Source: Polyangiales bacterium
GTDB lineage: Bacteria; Myxococcota_A; Polyangia; Polyangiales; Houyiibacteriaceae
Assembly (NCBI GenBank): GCA_045106895.1
Contig: JBGCFM010000062.1
Location: forward strand, 32,001 to 96,000
DNA: 64,000 nt
Direction: 5' to 3'
The position numbers were made by a program, and so were the translations under genes. Below are positions 26,051 through 36,052 of the stretch, piece after piece. The notes beneath the pieces are model-generated. The model made no database searches and was not told where the DNA came from. It saw only the letters and a program-made list of their open reading frames with translations. Every line of letters starts with the position of its first letter. The stretch's first letter is position 1.

Positions 26051-29000
26051 ATGGCTTTCGACGACAACACGCTGCCCGCCCAGCTGGGCTTATGGCGACG
26101 AGGCACTGCGATCGGTGCCGGCGGGGCAGGCCAGGTGTACCTGGCTGACCACGTCGAGACCGGCGTCGTTGGGGCATTGAAGGTCTCACACGCCAAACTC
26201 GGGGCCGCGGCGCGTCACTGGTTTCGTCGGGAGGCCGCCCTCGCCGCACGCCTCCGGCACCCGTACATCGTGCCGCTTTTGGACAGCGGAGAGTTCGAAG
26301 AGAGGTCTTTCCTGGTCTATGAGCATGCGCCGGGTCCCACGGTGGCAGAGGTCGCTGACCAGCTCGATCTCGAGGGCATCATCTCCGTCGGGCGCCACCT
26401 TCTGGAAGCCCTCACCTACGCCCACGACGCCGGCGTCGTCCACTGCGACATCACGCCATCCAACGTCATCCTGACGCCGGGGACCACGGGCAGAGAAACT
26501 CGGCTCATCGACTTCGGCCTCGCGAGTGCACGGGACGAACGACGGGGGTTGCAGATCACCTCCGCTGTCAGTGGGACGCCGGGGTACATCAGCCCCGAGC
26601 AAGTCCGTGGTCAACGTGTCCTCGGGCCAAGCACAGATCTCTTCGCCGTCGCAGCGCTGCTCTTTCGTTTGCTTTGCGGATACCCACGCTACGCCGGTGC
26701 ACCCACCAACGCTCTGTACCTGAGCGCCCCACTCCCGTTTACAGATAGGTTTGGCCTCGGCGAAGAGTCCCCCTTGGCGCAGGTGGTTCTAAAGTTGCTC
26801 GCGGAGGACCCCGAGCGGCGCTACCCGAGCGCCGCCGCTGCACGAAGCGCGTGGGCGAAAGCTGCAGAGTCCGCCCCCGAAGGCGTTCCGGAGCCGAGCG
26901 CAGAGAGCCCGAAACCGCTCGTCACCGTCAACACGCAGCTCGCAAGCACCGACAGCCGACTTCCGGAGGTAAGGCGCTCGACGCCACCTGTGGCGATCAC
27001 GCAGCGCGCTCTCGTCGCGCGGCGCGATGTCGTCGCAGAGCTCGCACAGCGACTTCACAGCTCGCCGGAGGTGTCGCTTTGCGGTCCGGCTGGCATGGGA
27101 AAATCACAGGTCGCTCGCGAGCTCGCCGCTCGCCTCGAGTCCGAGATGAAAGTGGTCCGGGTCTGTGGCCGGCGTGATGTCGAGAGTCCGCCCCTCGAGT
27201 GCCTCGCGAGCATCGTGTTGGGACTTCTCGGAGCCCCCGATAGAGAACCCCTCTGGCGCTCCGCGGAGAGAATCCACCAGCTCGTCGTCTCCCTTGAGAT
27301 TGAAGATACGGAGAGCGCCGAAGACGCGTTGCTCGGCGGACTCCTGGGCGTGGGTCCCAGCGCCGACGCTCGCAGCGCGGTCATGGCGAGCGTCGAAGTG
27401 CTGCAGCGGATGACGGCAGAACCAACGCTCGTCGTGATCGACGACGCCGACAACGTAGATGCGAGCACCTGGGAGGTCCTTGCGGCGCTCGTCGACTCGC
27501 CGCTTCGAGTCCTTCGGGTGCTCTGCTCGGACTCAAAACGCGGACCGGCGCCGAGTGATACGAGCGAAAGCGTCTACTTCCTTCCGGACTTCCAGAGCCG
27601 CGACGTGCTCTGGCAACTCTTCGGCGGCGAAGGCGTGCCCCCCGAAGGAACCGTCGCCGATCTCCGTGCCCTCGGCGCACTCAAGCTCGACAGCGCTCAG
27701 CCTGGCGCATTCCATGAGCTCCCCGTCGATGTTGCCCACGCACTCCGCGCCGCTCACGCGCTCGGCGCGGACATTCCTGAACGCGGGCTCTACGAGCTGG
27801 GTGCATCCGAAGCCACCGTCCACTCGCTCATGGCGATGGGCGTGCTGGCGAGAGTTGAGCACTCCTGCGCACGACACGAGCGTTGGCTACGCGCGCCGTC
27901 CGCGGTTTTGCGACGCCTGGCCTTGGCCTCGTTGAGCGAGCCACAGCGAGCACAGACGGACCTCCGCCCCCTCGCGGTGCGTTGGCTCTCCCGCTGTTGC
28001 AGGGACGCCCCTAACACCAACCTTCCACGTGTCGCTCGTCTCGCTGAGGGCTGCGGACTCGTCGCGAGCGCGGCGTATGCGTGGTCCGAGGCCGGACAGT
28101 TAGCAGGCCGCGCTCAGCGCCCCACGGCGGCCCGCGATCTTGAGCGAGCTCTTGAACTGAACGCGGAGCTCCTCTCACGAGGCGAGGATGAAGCCATCGA
28201 CCGCCCTCGTGTGTTGGCCCAGCTCTCCGCCGCTCACCTCGCCGCAAACCGACATACGCAAGCCGACGAGCGGGCGGTCGAGGCACTCGAAGGACTCAGC
28301 GATCGCGCCGTTCTTCGAACCAGGCTTCTCCGACTTCGTGCCCAAGCCGCGATGGCTGCGATGGACAATCAGCTCGCCCTGACTCTCCTCCGCCAGGCGG
28401 TAGAGCTGATTGGGAGCGAGGGCGATCCGATGGAAAGCGCCAACGCGCACGCAGTCCTCGGTTGGCTACTGGGTTACCGTATGGGGCGCAATGAAGAGGG
28501 GATCGCCCTTGGCCTCGAAGCGCTTCGAATCGCGTCTCGCATCATGGCCCCAGCTTTTCAGGCCTCGCTCTGCGGACGGCTTGGTGCCAACTATCTCCGT
28601 GCCGGCGATTGGGACGGCCAACTGAACGCGAACCAACGCGATCTCCTGCTCTCCTCAGAAGGGCGCGACATCTACGGCCAGGTTCGAGCGAACATCAACC
28701 TTGGCGTCTGTTTCACCAACCGGGGCGCCCTAGAACTCGCCCGTGAGCACACGGACCGTGCTTATGTGCTTGGTATTCGACATGGCGCGCGGGCCGCGGC
28801 GTCCGTTGCTGCGAACAACATGGCGCTGATCGCGAGCCAGGATGCTCAGCCCGAGGAGGCGATGCTGTGGATCGGCCGAGTGGCCGAGCTCTCTGGTGGC
28901 GAGATCGCCACGGAGACACGGCTCTCTGAAGCGCGAGTGCATATGCTGCGTGGGGACTCGGCGGAGGCTCGCCTCGTCTTGGCCCGCGCCGCGATTCAAG

Positions 29001-29284
29001 CGGACCACGCGGACAAAGAACACCTCGCACGCGTTGGGGCGCTCATCGCGCTGGCGGACGCCAAACCGGAGCAGGCCTACGAGTGGACGGCGCGCGCTCT
29101 CGAAACGCCGGCGTCAGACCCTTACGAGCGTGCCACGACCCAGCTCACCCACTCCGCGTGCCTCCGCGCCGTCGGCAAAAACGACGAAGCGTCCGCCCTG
29201 GAAACCAAAGCGGACGCGTCTCTGAGAGAGCTCGGTGCGGACGTAGCGCTAGAGCGGCGTCGTTGGACGCCGCAGCGCGACTAG
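26051..29284 (+). CDS. Ser/Thr kinase fused to P-loop ATPase and TPR repeats
   Basis: GAGGAGQV, ALK, HCDITPSN, DFG, GTPGYISPE; GPAGMGKS Walker A, VVIDDAD Walker B; C-terminal TPR-like helices. Confidence 0.88.
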   Translation: MAFDDNTLPAQLGLWRRGTAIGAGGAGQVYLADHVETGVVGALKVSHAKLGAAARHWFRREAALAARLRHPYIVPLLDSGEFEERSFLVYEHAPGPTVAEVADQLDLEGIISVGRHLLEALTYAHDAGVVHCDITPSNVILTPGTTGRETRLIDFGLASARDERRGLQITSAVSGTPGYISPEQVRGQRVLGPSTDLFAVAALLFRLLCGYPRYAGAPTNALYLSAPLPFTDRFGLGEESPLAQVVLKLLAEDPERRYPSAAAARSAWAKAAESAPEGVPEPSAESPKPLVTVNTQLASTDSRLPEVRRSTPPVAITQRALVARRDVVAELAQRLHSSPEVSLCGPAGMGKSQVARELAARLESEMKVVRVCGRRDVESPPLECLASIVLGLLGAPDREPLWRSAERIHQLVVSLEIEDTESAEDALLGGLLGVGPSADARSAVMASVEVLQRMTAEPTLVVIDDADNVDASTWEVLAALVDSPLRVLRVLCSDSKRGPAPSDTSESVYFLPDFQSRDVLWQLFGGEGVPPEGTVADLRALGALKLDSAQPGAFHELPVDVAHALRAAHALGADIPERGLYELGASEATVHSLMAMGVLARVEHSCARHERWLRAPSAVLRRLALASLSEPQRAQTDLRPLAVRWLSRCCRDAPNTNLPRVARLAEGCGLVASAAYAWSEAGQLAGRAQRPTAARDLERALELNAELLSRGEDEAIDRPRVLAQLSAAHLAANRHTQADERAVEALEGLSDRAVLRTRLLRLRAQAAMAAMDNQLALTLLRQAVELIGSEGDPMESANAHAVLGWLLGYRMGRNEEGIALGLEALRIASRIMAPAFQASLCGRLGANYLRAGDWDGQLNANQRDLLLSSEGRDIYGQVRANINLGVCFTNRGALELAREHTDRAYVLGIRHGARAAASVAANNMALIASQDAQPEEAMLWIGRVAELSGGEIATETRLSEARVHMLRGDSAEARLVLARAAIQADHADKEHLARVGALIALADAKPEQAYEWTARALETPASDPYERATTQLTHSACLRAVGKNDEASALETKADASLRELGADVALERRRWTPQRD

Positions 29285-29321
29285 GTAGGAGACCGACCTG
29301 ACTCCAGGAGCCAGTCAGGCC

Positions 29322-29891
29322 CTACTGGCCGCCGATCTCTCGGCCCTTGTTCGATACAAAGCGTAGGTTGGCGAACTCGGTCTGACCTAGCGTGTAGATC
29401 ACTTCCGCCAACGTTCGGAAAGGCGTTCGGCCATCCGCAACGATCATGACGTTGCCTTCAAACACCTGGTCGGGGAACTGCGCCGCGACCTGCTTTTTGA
29501 AATCGCGAATCTCGCCCATGCGCCGAAACAGGTCGGTGATGAGAAAACCGGTTCCGCCGCCCTGCTTTTCGCTGGGGTCGATGGTGCCGTTTCGAAGACC
29601 GAGGATTTCCTCGCCGTCCACGGAGATCGTGTTCCGAGCGATCTGAACGACCACATACTCATCCATCTCCGCAGTGGAGGTGGAGTAAGGAATCTGGAGC
29701 TCTTCGCTCTGAGTGATGGAGGCCGCCGACGAGTTGGCGAACTGCATAACCATGAACACGAGGAGGATCGTCATCATATCCATCATGGGATAGATGTTGA
29801 GACCGTGTGCTCCGTGCTCGTGTTCGTTCTTCTTACGGTTCCGCCGAATCATTCGCTTCAGCGTGGACATCGATGCTTTTTCTTCAGACAT
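29322..29891 (-). CDS. ExbD/TolR family protein (AglS-like paralogue)
   Basis: LNIYPMMDMMTILLVF TM with conserved Asp; IVADGRTPF. Confidence 0.9.
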   Translation of the reverse strand: MSEEKASMSTLKRMIRRNRKKNEHEHGAHGLNIYPMMDMMTILLVFMVMQFANSSAASITQSEELQIPYSTSTAEMDEYVVVQIARNTISVDGEEILGLRNGTIDPSEKQGGGTGFLITDLFRRMGEIRDFKKQVAAQFPDQVFEGNVMIVADGRTPFRTLAEVIYTLGQTEFANLRFVSNKGREIGGQ

Positions 29892-29894
29892 CGT

Positions 29895-30479
29895 CTACCT
29901 CACACCTGCTGAGAGAAGAACTGCTGGAAAGAGCACGTCGGCCCCATCCTCTCGGACCGCATCCATCGCAGAGATGAGGTCCTGATACTCGATGAGCGGG
30001 TCTGCGCTCACCGTGATCTGTCCCTCGCCATCGGCGTTGGTGTAGTTGAGACCCTGCTCGTCCGCGAAAGCCTTCACTCGTTTGACGCACTCGGTGAGTT
30101 CCGCCCAGTTGAAGCTGCCGTTGTTGAGAGGGACCGTGACAACGTCACCCGTGGTGGCGTCGCGGCAACCAGGAAGAAGCTTCCCGGTGGAACCGGTCAC
30201 CGTCAGACCGTTCGGCGTGATGAACACGCTGAGGTTGAGCGACTCCTGCTGCGGAGCGCGTGAACCGACACCCCCACCGGCGTATGTCGGAAGCGATGCT
30301 TCGACCTGCGTATAGAACGCAACCGTGCTCGTGATCATGAGCAGGAACATGATGAGGTTGATGACGATATCGAGGAACGGGATAATGTTCAGCTCGTCAT
30401 CGAGCTCATCAGGCGTGGGCTCATGTACCTTCGAGCGCTTTCGTACGTACGCGCGCTGTGCTGCAGTCAACTCGGCCAT
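29895..30479 (-). CDS. ExbD/TolR family protein (AglQ-like paralogue)
   Basis: ELNIIPFLDIVINLIMFLL; VSADPLIEYQDLISAMD. Confidence 0.9.
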   Translation of the reverse strand: MAELTAAQRAYVRKRSKVHEPTPDELDDELNIIPFLDIVINLIMFLLMITSTVAFYTQVEASLPTYAGGGVGSRAPQQESLNLSVFITPNGLTVTGSTGKLLPGCRDATTGDVVTVPLNNGSFNWAELTECVKRVKAFADEQGLNYTNADGEGQITVSADPLIEYQDLISAMDAVREDGADVLFPAVLLSAGVR

Positions 30480-30499
30480 GGAACGGTACCCGGCTCGCC

Positions 30500-31129
30500 C
30501 TACTTGTTCCGAAGGACGAGAAGGTTCTCAAGACGCTGTGCTGCCTTTTCCATCTCCATCTTGTGCTTCTTGGCCATGCCATTGAGCACAAGGTGAGCGG
30601 ACATACAGACAACAGCGATGAAGAGACCAAGGAAGGTGTTCCACATAGCTTCCGAGATACCTGCAGAGAGAAGCTGTGACTTCTCAGCAGGGTCGAGGCC
30701 CGGAGAACCGACCGACTTGAACGACGCGATGAGACCCTTAATCGTTCCGAGAAGACCGATGAGAGTCGCGAGATTCGCGAGCGTCCAAAGTGAACCGATT
30801 CGTTTCTCGAGAGCCGGTAGCTCGTCCGAGAGTTTCTCGTCCATCGAGGCGATGATCGCCTCTTCGCCGCGGTTCACCTGAGTGAGACCCGCTTTGCAAA
30901 CCTGAAGCAATGGAAGCGGTGCCGCTTCGCAGAGCTTGATCGCTCGGTCAATGTTGCCCGCCTGAACGAGCTTCCGAATCTGCGCCATAAACTCGGTCGT
31001 GTTCACGCGGTACTTCGTCAATATATAGACGGTGCGTTCGCCGATGATGGCGAGCGCCAGCGCGAGCACTCCGATGTTGATGAAGGAGAACGGCCGACCT
31101 TCCCACAGTGCATGCCAGATTTCGTCCAT
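30500..31129 (-). CDS. MotA/TolQ/ExbB proton channel protein
   Basis: GLLGTIKGLI, GISEAMWNT; three TM helices. Confidence 0.93.
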   Translation of the reverse strand: MDEIWHALWEGRPFSFINIGVLALALAIIGERTVYILTKYRVNTTEFMAQIRKLVQAGNIDRAIKLCEAAPLPLLQVCKAGLTQVNRGEEAIIASMDEKLSDELPALEKRIGSLWTLANLATLIGLLGTIKGLIASFKSVGSPGLDPAEKSQLLSAGISEAMWNTFLGLFIAVVCMSAHLVLNGMAKKHKMEMEKAAQRLENLLVLRNK

Positions 31130-31462
31130 CAGCTCAGCTCCTCAAATCACTCAACGCTCAGGCTTCCTGCCTTCACGTTATTTTTCGTCTCGACTCACGA
31201 GCGTCCAACCAATGGGCGCGCCTTCGTCCTAAGACATGTATTCAGTTGGAATCGTTGAGAATCGAGCAAAGACCGAAGTCCTGATTTGCCCGCCGCGGGG
31301 AAGCTAACCTAGCCCGCGAGAACTTGTCAACGGAGAGGATCACGGGACTTGAAGAGGGTTCCTTTAGGAAAGATGATCAAAAAGTTGTCTGGAACTTCTT
31401 GAAGGCGATGGACACCTACGCCGCGAATGGCTGGCATGGATCGGAAGGGAAGCGGATCACGG

Positions 31463-31490
31463 TTGACTTCAATGACCCACTCTGTATTAT
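31463..31490 (+). promoter_or_regulatory. Sigma70-type promoter for the aglRQS-like operon
   Basis: TTGACT-16 nt-TATTAT in an AT-enriched divergent intergenic region. Confidence 0.55.
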
Positions 31491-31686
31491 CTGCCCTCGT
31501 TTTATCCCTGGATTTCGGGAAACACGTAATGAATATAGCTACTTGTAGCTTTTGCGTGTCTTCCCAGCGAGGGATTTGAGAAGGTTTTTGGCAACGTTCA
31601 AGTTGAACGATCATCCATGAGGGATGTCGTCGCCGTTAGTGAAGGATGGGCCCGTAGTAAAGGGTTCCAGCAGGAGGCAGTGTTCC

Positions 31687-32337
31687 ATGCATGGTTTATC
31701 AGAGGCATTTGAAGAGGGCGGATGGGCCATGTACGTCATCCTCTTCTGGCTCGTACTCGCAATTGGTTTCATCATCGAGCGCACCGTGTACCTCTACAAA
31801 TCGTCGATTAACAAGGATGTCTTCCTTGCGACGATGCAGAAGTGCATCTTGGCCGGCGACATCGGCCGTGCCATCAAGCTTTGCAGCGCCGCAAACGCTC
31901 CCCTCGCGCGAATCGTCAAGGCTGGCCTTATGAAGGTCAACCGTCCCGACGCCGAGGTTCAGTCCGCCATGGACGAGGCTGCTCTTCGTGAGCTTCCACG
32001 CATCGAAGCGCGTACGCCTTTCCTTGGTCTCTTCGCCAACCTCGCGATGCTTTCGGGCCTCTTCGGCACCGTTCTCGGTCTCATCACGGCTTTCGCCGCT
32101 GTTGCCGGCGCGGACCAGGCATCCAAGGCGACAATGCTCGCCAAGGGTATCTCCGAGGCCATGAACTGCACCGCCTTCGGCCTCATGTCCGCGATTCTCG
32201 CGCTCATGGGCATGGCTGTGCTCAACGGTAAGACCCAGGGTCTCCTCGACGATATCAACGCTGCGACGGTTCAGGTTATGAACCTCGTCGTGAACAATCG
32301 CTCGAAGGTCAACCTTCAGGGTCTGCAGCAGGCCTAA
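31687..32337 (+). CDS. aglR: Gliding motor TolQ-like subunit AglR
   Basis: AGGAGG RBS 31672-31677; GLFGTVLGLI, GISEAMNCTAFG; first gene of TolQ-TolR-TolR trio. Confidence 0.8.
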   Translation: MHGLSEAFEEGGWAMYVILFWLVLAIGFIIERTVYLYKSSINKDVFLATMQKCILAGDIGRAIKLCSAANAPLARIVKAGLMKVNRPDAEVQSAMDEAALRELPRIEARTPFLGLFANLAMLSGLFGTVLGLITAFAAVAGADQASKATMLAKGISEAMNCTAFGLMSAILALMGMAVLNGKTQGLLDDINAATVQVMNLVVNNRSKVNLQGLQQA

Positions 32338-32340
32338 TCA

Positions 32341-32820
32341 ATGGCAAGTATTGACACAGGTGGCGGCGGCGGAGGGAAGAAGAGTGTGGACCAGGAGGTC
32401 CCACTCATCCCCTTCATCGATCTGCTTTTCTGCTGCGTCATGTTCTTGCTCGCGACCGCCGTTTGGAACCAGCTCGCTCGCATCAGTGCGAACCAGAGTG
32501 TCCCAGGCCAGGCCGCAACCGAAGACCAGCCGCCGCCGGAAGAGCGCGTGAAGTTGATTCTGCAGGTGCAGAGCAGCGGATACGTTCTCGCTTCGACGGC
32601 CGGTGACTCGATCACGATCGCCCGCAACGGCGACGAGTACGACACCGAGGAACTTCGGGCCAAACTGCAAGAGCGTAAGCGTCTTGAACCCAACCGTCAG
32701 GACATCATCGTCGCGCCAGAAGATGGCGTTCGTTACGAGGACGTCATCGCAGCCATGGACATGGTTGTGGGCGAAGGATTCTCGCAGATGTCCCTCGGCG
32801 ATGGAGCTTCGCTTCTGTAG
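32341..32820 (+). CDS. aglQ: Gliding motor TolR-like subunit AglQ
   Basis: Gly-run-KKS N-terminus, PFID with Asp27 (M. xanthus AglQ D28), TAVW. Confidence 0.8.
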   Translation: MASIDTGGGGGGKKSVDQEVPLIPFIDLLFCCVMFLLATAVWNQLARISANQSVPGQAATEDQPPPEERVKLILQVQSSGYVLASTAGDSITIARNGDEYDTEELRAKLQERKRLEPNRQDIIVAPEDGVRYEDVIAAMDMVVGEGFSQMSLGDGASLL

Positions 32821-32852
32821 TCTTCGGACGCAGGAAGCAAAGGATATTCAAG

Positions 32853-33389
32853 ATGCCAGTACATGTTCCAGGCAAGGTTCTGCTTCATCACATCCCGCTC
32901 AAGTTTGTGCGGGACAAGGTCGCCGGTGGCGGAAAGAAGTCGGTCGACCAGAGTCTTCCACTCGTTCCTTTCATCGACTTCCTCATCGTTCTCGTCGTCT
33001 TTCTCATCATGAACTTCGCCGCATCCGGTGAGCTCGTGGCGCAGAAGGCCTCGATCACGATGCCGAGTGCAGCAAACACAGACCCTCTCGACCCCTCGCC
33101 GATCATCTCCATCGACGATCGCGTGGTCACCCTCGACGGCAACCGTGTCGCCGATACCCAGACGCTTCTTCAGGACGCGCGCATGGACCGAATCGAAGCG
33201 CTCATTCAGAGCCTCGAGCAGGCCAAGCGTAACTGGAGCTTGCTTCACCCGAACACGCCCTTCCCCGGCGCGATCATTATGCAGGCGGACGTCAACGTGG
33301 ACTTCCGCGCCATCAAGAAGGTGATGTTCTCCGCCGCTCAGGCTGGCTACGCGAACATCAACTTCGCGGTGAACAAAGTCGGCGACTAG
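32853..33389 (+). CDS. aglS: Gliding motor TolR-like subunit AglS
   Basis: VPGK N-terminus, PFID with Asp42 (AglS D41), NFAASGE, IIMQAD. Confidence 0.8.
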   Translation: MPVHVPGKVLLHHIPLKFVRDKVAGGGKKSVDQSLPLVPFIDFLIVLVVFLIMNFAASGELVAQKASITMPSAANTDPLDPSPIISIDDRVVTLDGNRVADTQTLLQDARMDRIEALIQSLEQAKRNWSLLHPNTPFPGAIIMQADVNVDFRAIKKVMFSAAQAGYANINFAVNKVGD

Positions 33390-33408
33390 CGCGCTCGAAC
33401 TCTGAACC

Positions 33409-33438
33409 AAGGCACATCCGAAAGGGTGTGCCTTTTTT
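33409..33438 (+). terminator. Rho-independent terminator
   Basis: AAGGCACATCC-GAAA-GGGTGTGCCTT then TTTT. Confidence 0.9.
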
Positions 33439-33468
33439 CGTGGATGAGAGAACAATGCAGGACGAGCG

Positions 33469-34968
33469 ATGCTGACGATCTTAGCCACGTCTCTGATCTT
33501 CGGCGCCCTCTTTGGGGCGGCCTACGTGCAGTACGCGTTGATCCGTCGGCTAGCGGGCCGAGCAGGCATTGTCGTCGACACCAAACAGGCGCTTCCCTTC
33601 GTTGTCCCTCTCCTGAACACCGTCGTTTACCTCGTCCTCGCGGTTTGCGTCTGGGCGATCTTCCACCGCACGACACACCTCGTCGCGGCGCTGGTCGCGA
33701 TCGCGAGTGTCTTCGCAGCCGTAACCGCCCCGCTGACTTTTCTCGTTCCTTTGGCCCTGGACGCAGGCAACAGCGCGACGATCGAGAGCGCTGTGCGTCG
33801 CTGGGACGCGCTCACGCGATCGCGTCGTCTCATGTTGGTTGGACTCCAGCTCATCCCCATTGCGGCGAGCACCCTGACACTTCGCCTCATAGCCACTGAT
33901 GCGGGGCCGGAGGTCCTTTTTGCGCCGCTGGTCTACTTGGCGACATGGACGTTGTCGCAATGGCAGATCGTTGAGAGCTACACGCGTAACGTGGACGAAG
34001 GAGCGGACGCCTCAGCAACACGATGGCGCGTGTTGCTGCCAATCGTGCTTGGGGCGGCGATCTCCGGGCCTTGCGTGCTTGTTCTGACAGCTCAAGCCAG
34101 CCGTCCAGCGCCGATGGCTCTACGGGAACATGCCCCAGATGCACACGTGTATACAGGTCGTCGCAGCTACTCGCTGCCGGGCCGGGTTTCGGTCATGCCC
34201 ACCGTCGTGGGCCTGGCGGTGCAGGTCGCAGCTGGCCCCGTTGCTCGGATTCGTTATGGCCCGAGCTGTCCCGCCGACGAAGCCCCAGAGATCGCCACCA
34301 TCGAGGCGCGAAACGAGATTCAGATTTTCGCCCACGCCTGCGAACGCTGGCATGTCCTCACCGTAAACTCCGCCGGCGAACGCCTCGATGATTCGCTCAT
34401 GGAACGTCTGGTCCGCCAGGTGGGGGCCTGGGGACTCGGGTCACTTCTCTGTGCGCTCCTTCTGCTCGGCTTCGCCCTTGCGCGCGTCGTGCCGACGCTG
34501 CGCAAAGCAAAGAGGATCGCGGGCGTTGTGCACCGGGACGACCTGACGAAGAAAGACCAGGAGTCCATCGTCGAAGGCACTCTTCGCCTCGGTGAGCTCC
34601 CCAAGCTCGTGGTCCGAAAGGGCCAGCTTAGAGGGAGCGGTCACATCGAACTTGAGCTCGACGGCGATCGTTTCATGCTCCCCCTTCCTGCTTCCGTGCA
34701 GTGCGCAGAAGGAGAGTACAGCGACGGTGCCCGCGTCAGCCTCATTGGCGTCTTCTCATCGACGACACGCGGCCACCGCGACGCGTCGATTCCCTGGCCC
34801 AAGCGCGCTTTTCTCGTCGCCAGCGAAGCTGCCTCGGCACGTGAAACTTGGCTTTGGAGAGCCACTCGCCTGGCACGCCTTTCCGCCATGGCGTCGGTGG
34901 TGGCTGTCGTCGTGACCTACGCTGCCTACATCGCACACTTCCAACACCTCGCGCGCTTCCTCCGCTGA
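33469..34968 (+). CDS. Hypothetical multi-pass membrane protein
   Basis: 499-aa ORF with about eight hydrophobic segments. Confidence 0.65.
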   Translation: MLTILATSLIFGALFGAAYVQYALIRRLAGRAGIVVDTKQALPFVVPLLNTVVYLVLAVCVWAIFHRTTHLVAALVAIASVFAAVTAPLTFLVPLALDAGNSATIESAVRRWDALTRSRRLMLVGLQLIPIAASTLTLRLIATDAGPEVLFAPLVYLATWTLSQWQIVESYTRNVDEGADASATRWRVLLPIVLGAAISGPCVLVLTAQASRPAPMALREHAPDAHVYTGRRSYSLPGRVSVMPTVVGLAVQVAAGPVARIRYGPSCPADEAPEIATIEARNEIQIFAHACERWHVLTVNSAGERLDDSLMERLVRQVGAWGLGSLLCALLLLGFALARVVPTLRKAKRIAGVVHRDDLTKKDQESIVEGTLRLGELPKLVVRKGQLRGSGHIELELDGDRFMLPLPASVQCAEGEYSDGARVSLIGVFSSTTRGHRDASIPWPKRAFLVASEAASARETWLWRATRLARLSAMASVVAVVVTYAAYIAHFQHLARFLR

Positions 34969-34987
34969 GATGCGTTTTTTGATCTAA

Positions 34988-36052
34988 ATGCGAACACTCC
35001 ACGTCGCCTGCCTGCCTTACCCCAGCCCCCAAGGGACGCAGGCGCTGATCCATCGGCAGCTCTCTGCCCTCGCTTCGGCGGGCGATGATGTGCTCTTGCT
35101 GACCTACAGCAGCGGCACAGGTGAGCGACAGGCGGGCTACTCACATCAACGTTGTGGCGGCGCGAACGTCTCGCTTCGTTCTGGACCAAGTGCAGCGAAG
35201 GTGCGCGCAGATCTGATGATGGTGGGTGCACTTCGCAGGAGCATCGCCGAGTTCAAGCCAGACGCGGTGGTCGGACACAACGTCGAGGGTGCGGCGGTGG
35301 TACACCTCGCGCGGGTGCAGACGCCTCACCTATACCTGGCGCACACACGAATGGACACCGAGCTCCCCACGTACTTTGGCGCGCGGCTGCGGCGAGTCGC
35401 CGCTTGGTCGGGCTCCGCGCTGGACTGGATGGCTTCGCGGGCGGATCACGTGGCTGCAGTTTCGCCCTGGCTAGCCGAGCGCTTCGACGGCACCTACGTG
35501 CCACCGCCGTGGGAGCTCCCCGCGCGTATCGACGCCGTTGAGCGTAACGCAGCGCGGCGCGAACTCGGCCTGTCTGGATTGGTCGGCGTCTACGCAGGGA
35601 ACCTCGACGGCTACCAAGACTGGCGCCAGATCCTCGCGCTTCGTGAACGCCTCACCCTCGTGGTGGCAACGGAATCCGACACGTCGGAACTTCGTGGACA
35701 CATCCGCCATGTGTTGCCCCTAGCGAGCGAGGCTGACCGGCGACGCATCCACGCCTTGGCGGATGTCGCGCTCGTTCCGCGCGGCGCCCCAGGTGGCTTG
35801 CCCATCAAGCTCATCGACGCCCTCTCCCGCGGCGTTCCCGTCGTCGCTTCCGCGGCGGCTCTCGCCGGGCTCTCCCCACGCGGCGTTTGCTCGGGGACCA
35901 CTCTCGCGGCGGTCGCCCTGGACGAGCTCGCGGACGGCGACTCGGGCCGTCGATGGGTCGCGGAAGAGGCATGCGACGGCCGCTTCGTGGAGGCTCTTCA
36001 CGAGGCCGCGCGGATCGCGATTGATAAGAGCGCGCGATCCGTCGGAAAGTGA
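34988..36052 (+). CDS. Glycosyltransferase, GT-B/GT4-like
   Basis: ACLPYPSPQGTQ, PDAVVGH, YAGNLDGYQ, DVALVPR..PGGLPIKL..ALSRGVPVV. Confidence 0.88.
   Translation: MRTLHVACLPYPSPQGTQALIHRQLSALASAGDDVLLLTYSSGTGERQAGYSHQRCGGANVSLRSGPSAAKVRADLMMVGALRRSIAEFKPDAVVGHNVEGAAVVHLARVQTPHLYLAHTRMDTELPTYFGARLRRVAAWSGSALDWMASRADHVAAVSPWLAERFDGTYVPPPWELPARIDAVERNAARRELGLSGLVGVYAGNLDGYQDWRQILALRERLTLVVATESDTSELRGHIRHVLPLASEADRRRIHALADVALVPRGAPGGLPIKLIDALSRGVPVVASAAALAGLSPRGVCSGTTLAAVALDELADGDSGRRWVAEEACDGRFVEALHEAARIAIDKSARSVGK

Noticed and set aside
26440..26465. Pseudokinase call from HCDITPSN
   Set aside because: Catalytic Asp and Asn, the beta3 Lys and DFG are intact; S/T in place of Lys is common in myxobacterial kinases.
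29297..29319. Terminator hairpin CCTGACT/AGTCAGG between convergent genes
   Set aside because: Short stem with no U-tract on either strand; too weak to call.
31324..31548. 74-aa ORF in the inter-motor region
   Set aside because: TTG start, no RBS, AT-rich codons unlike the rest of the window, and it overlaps the predicted promoter and hairpin.
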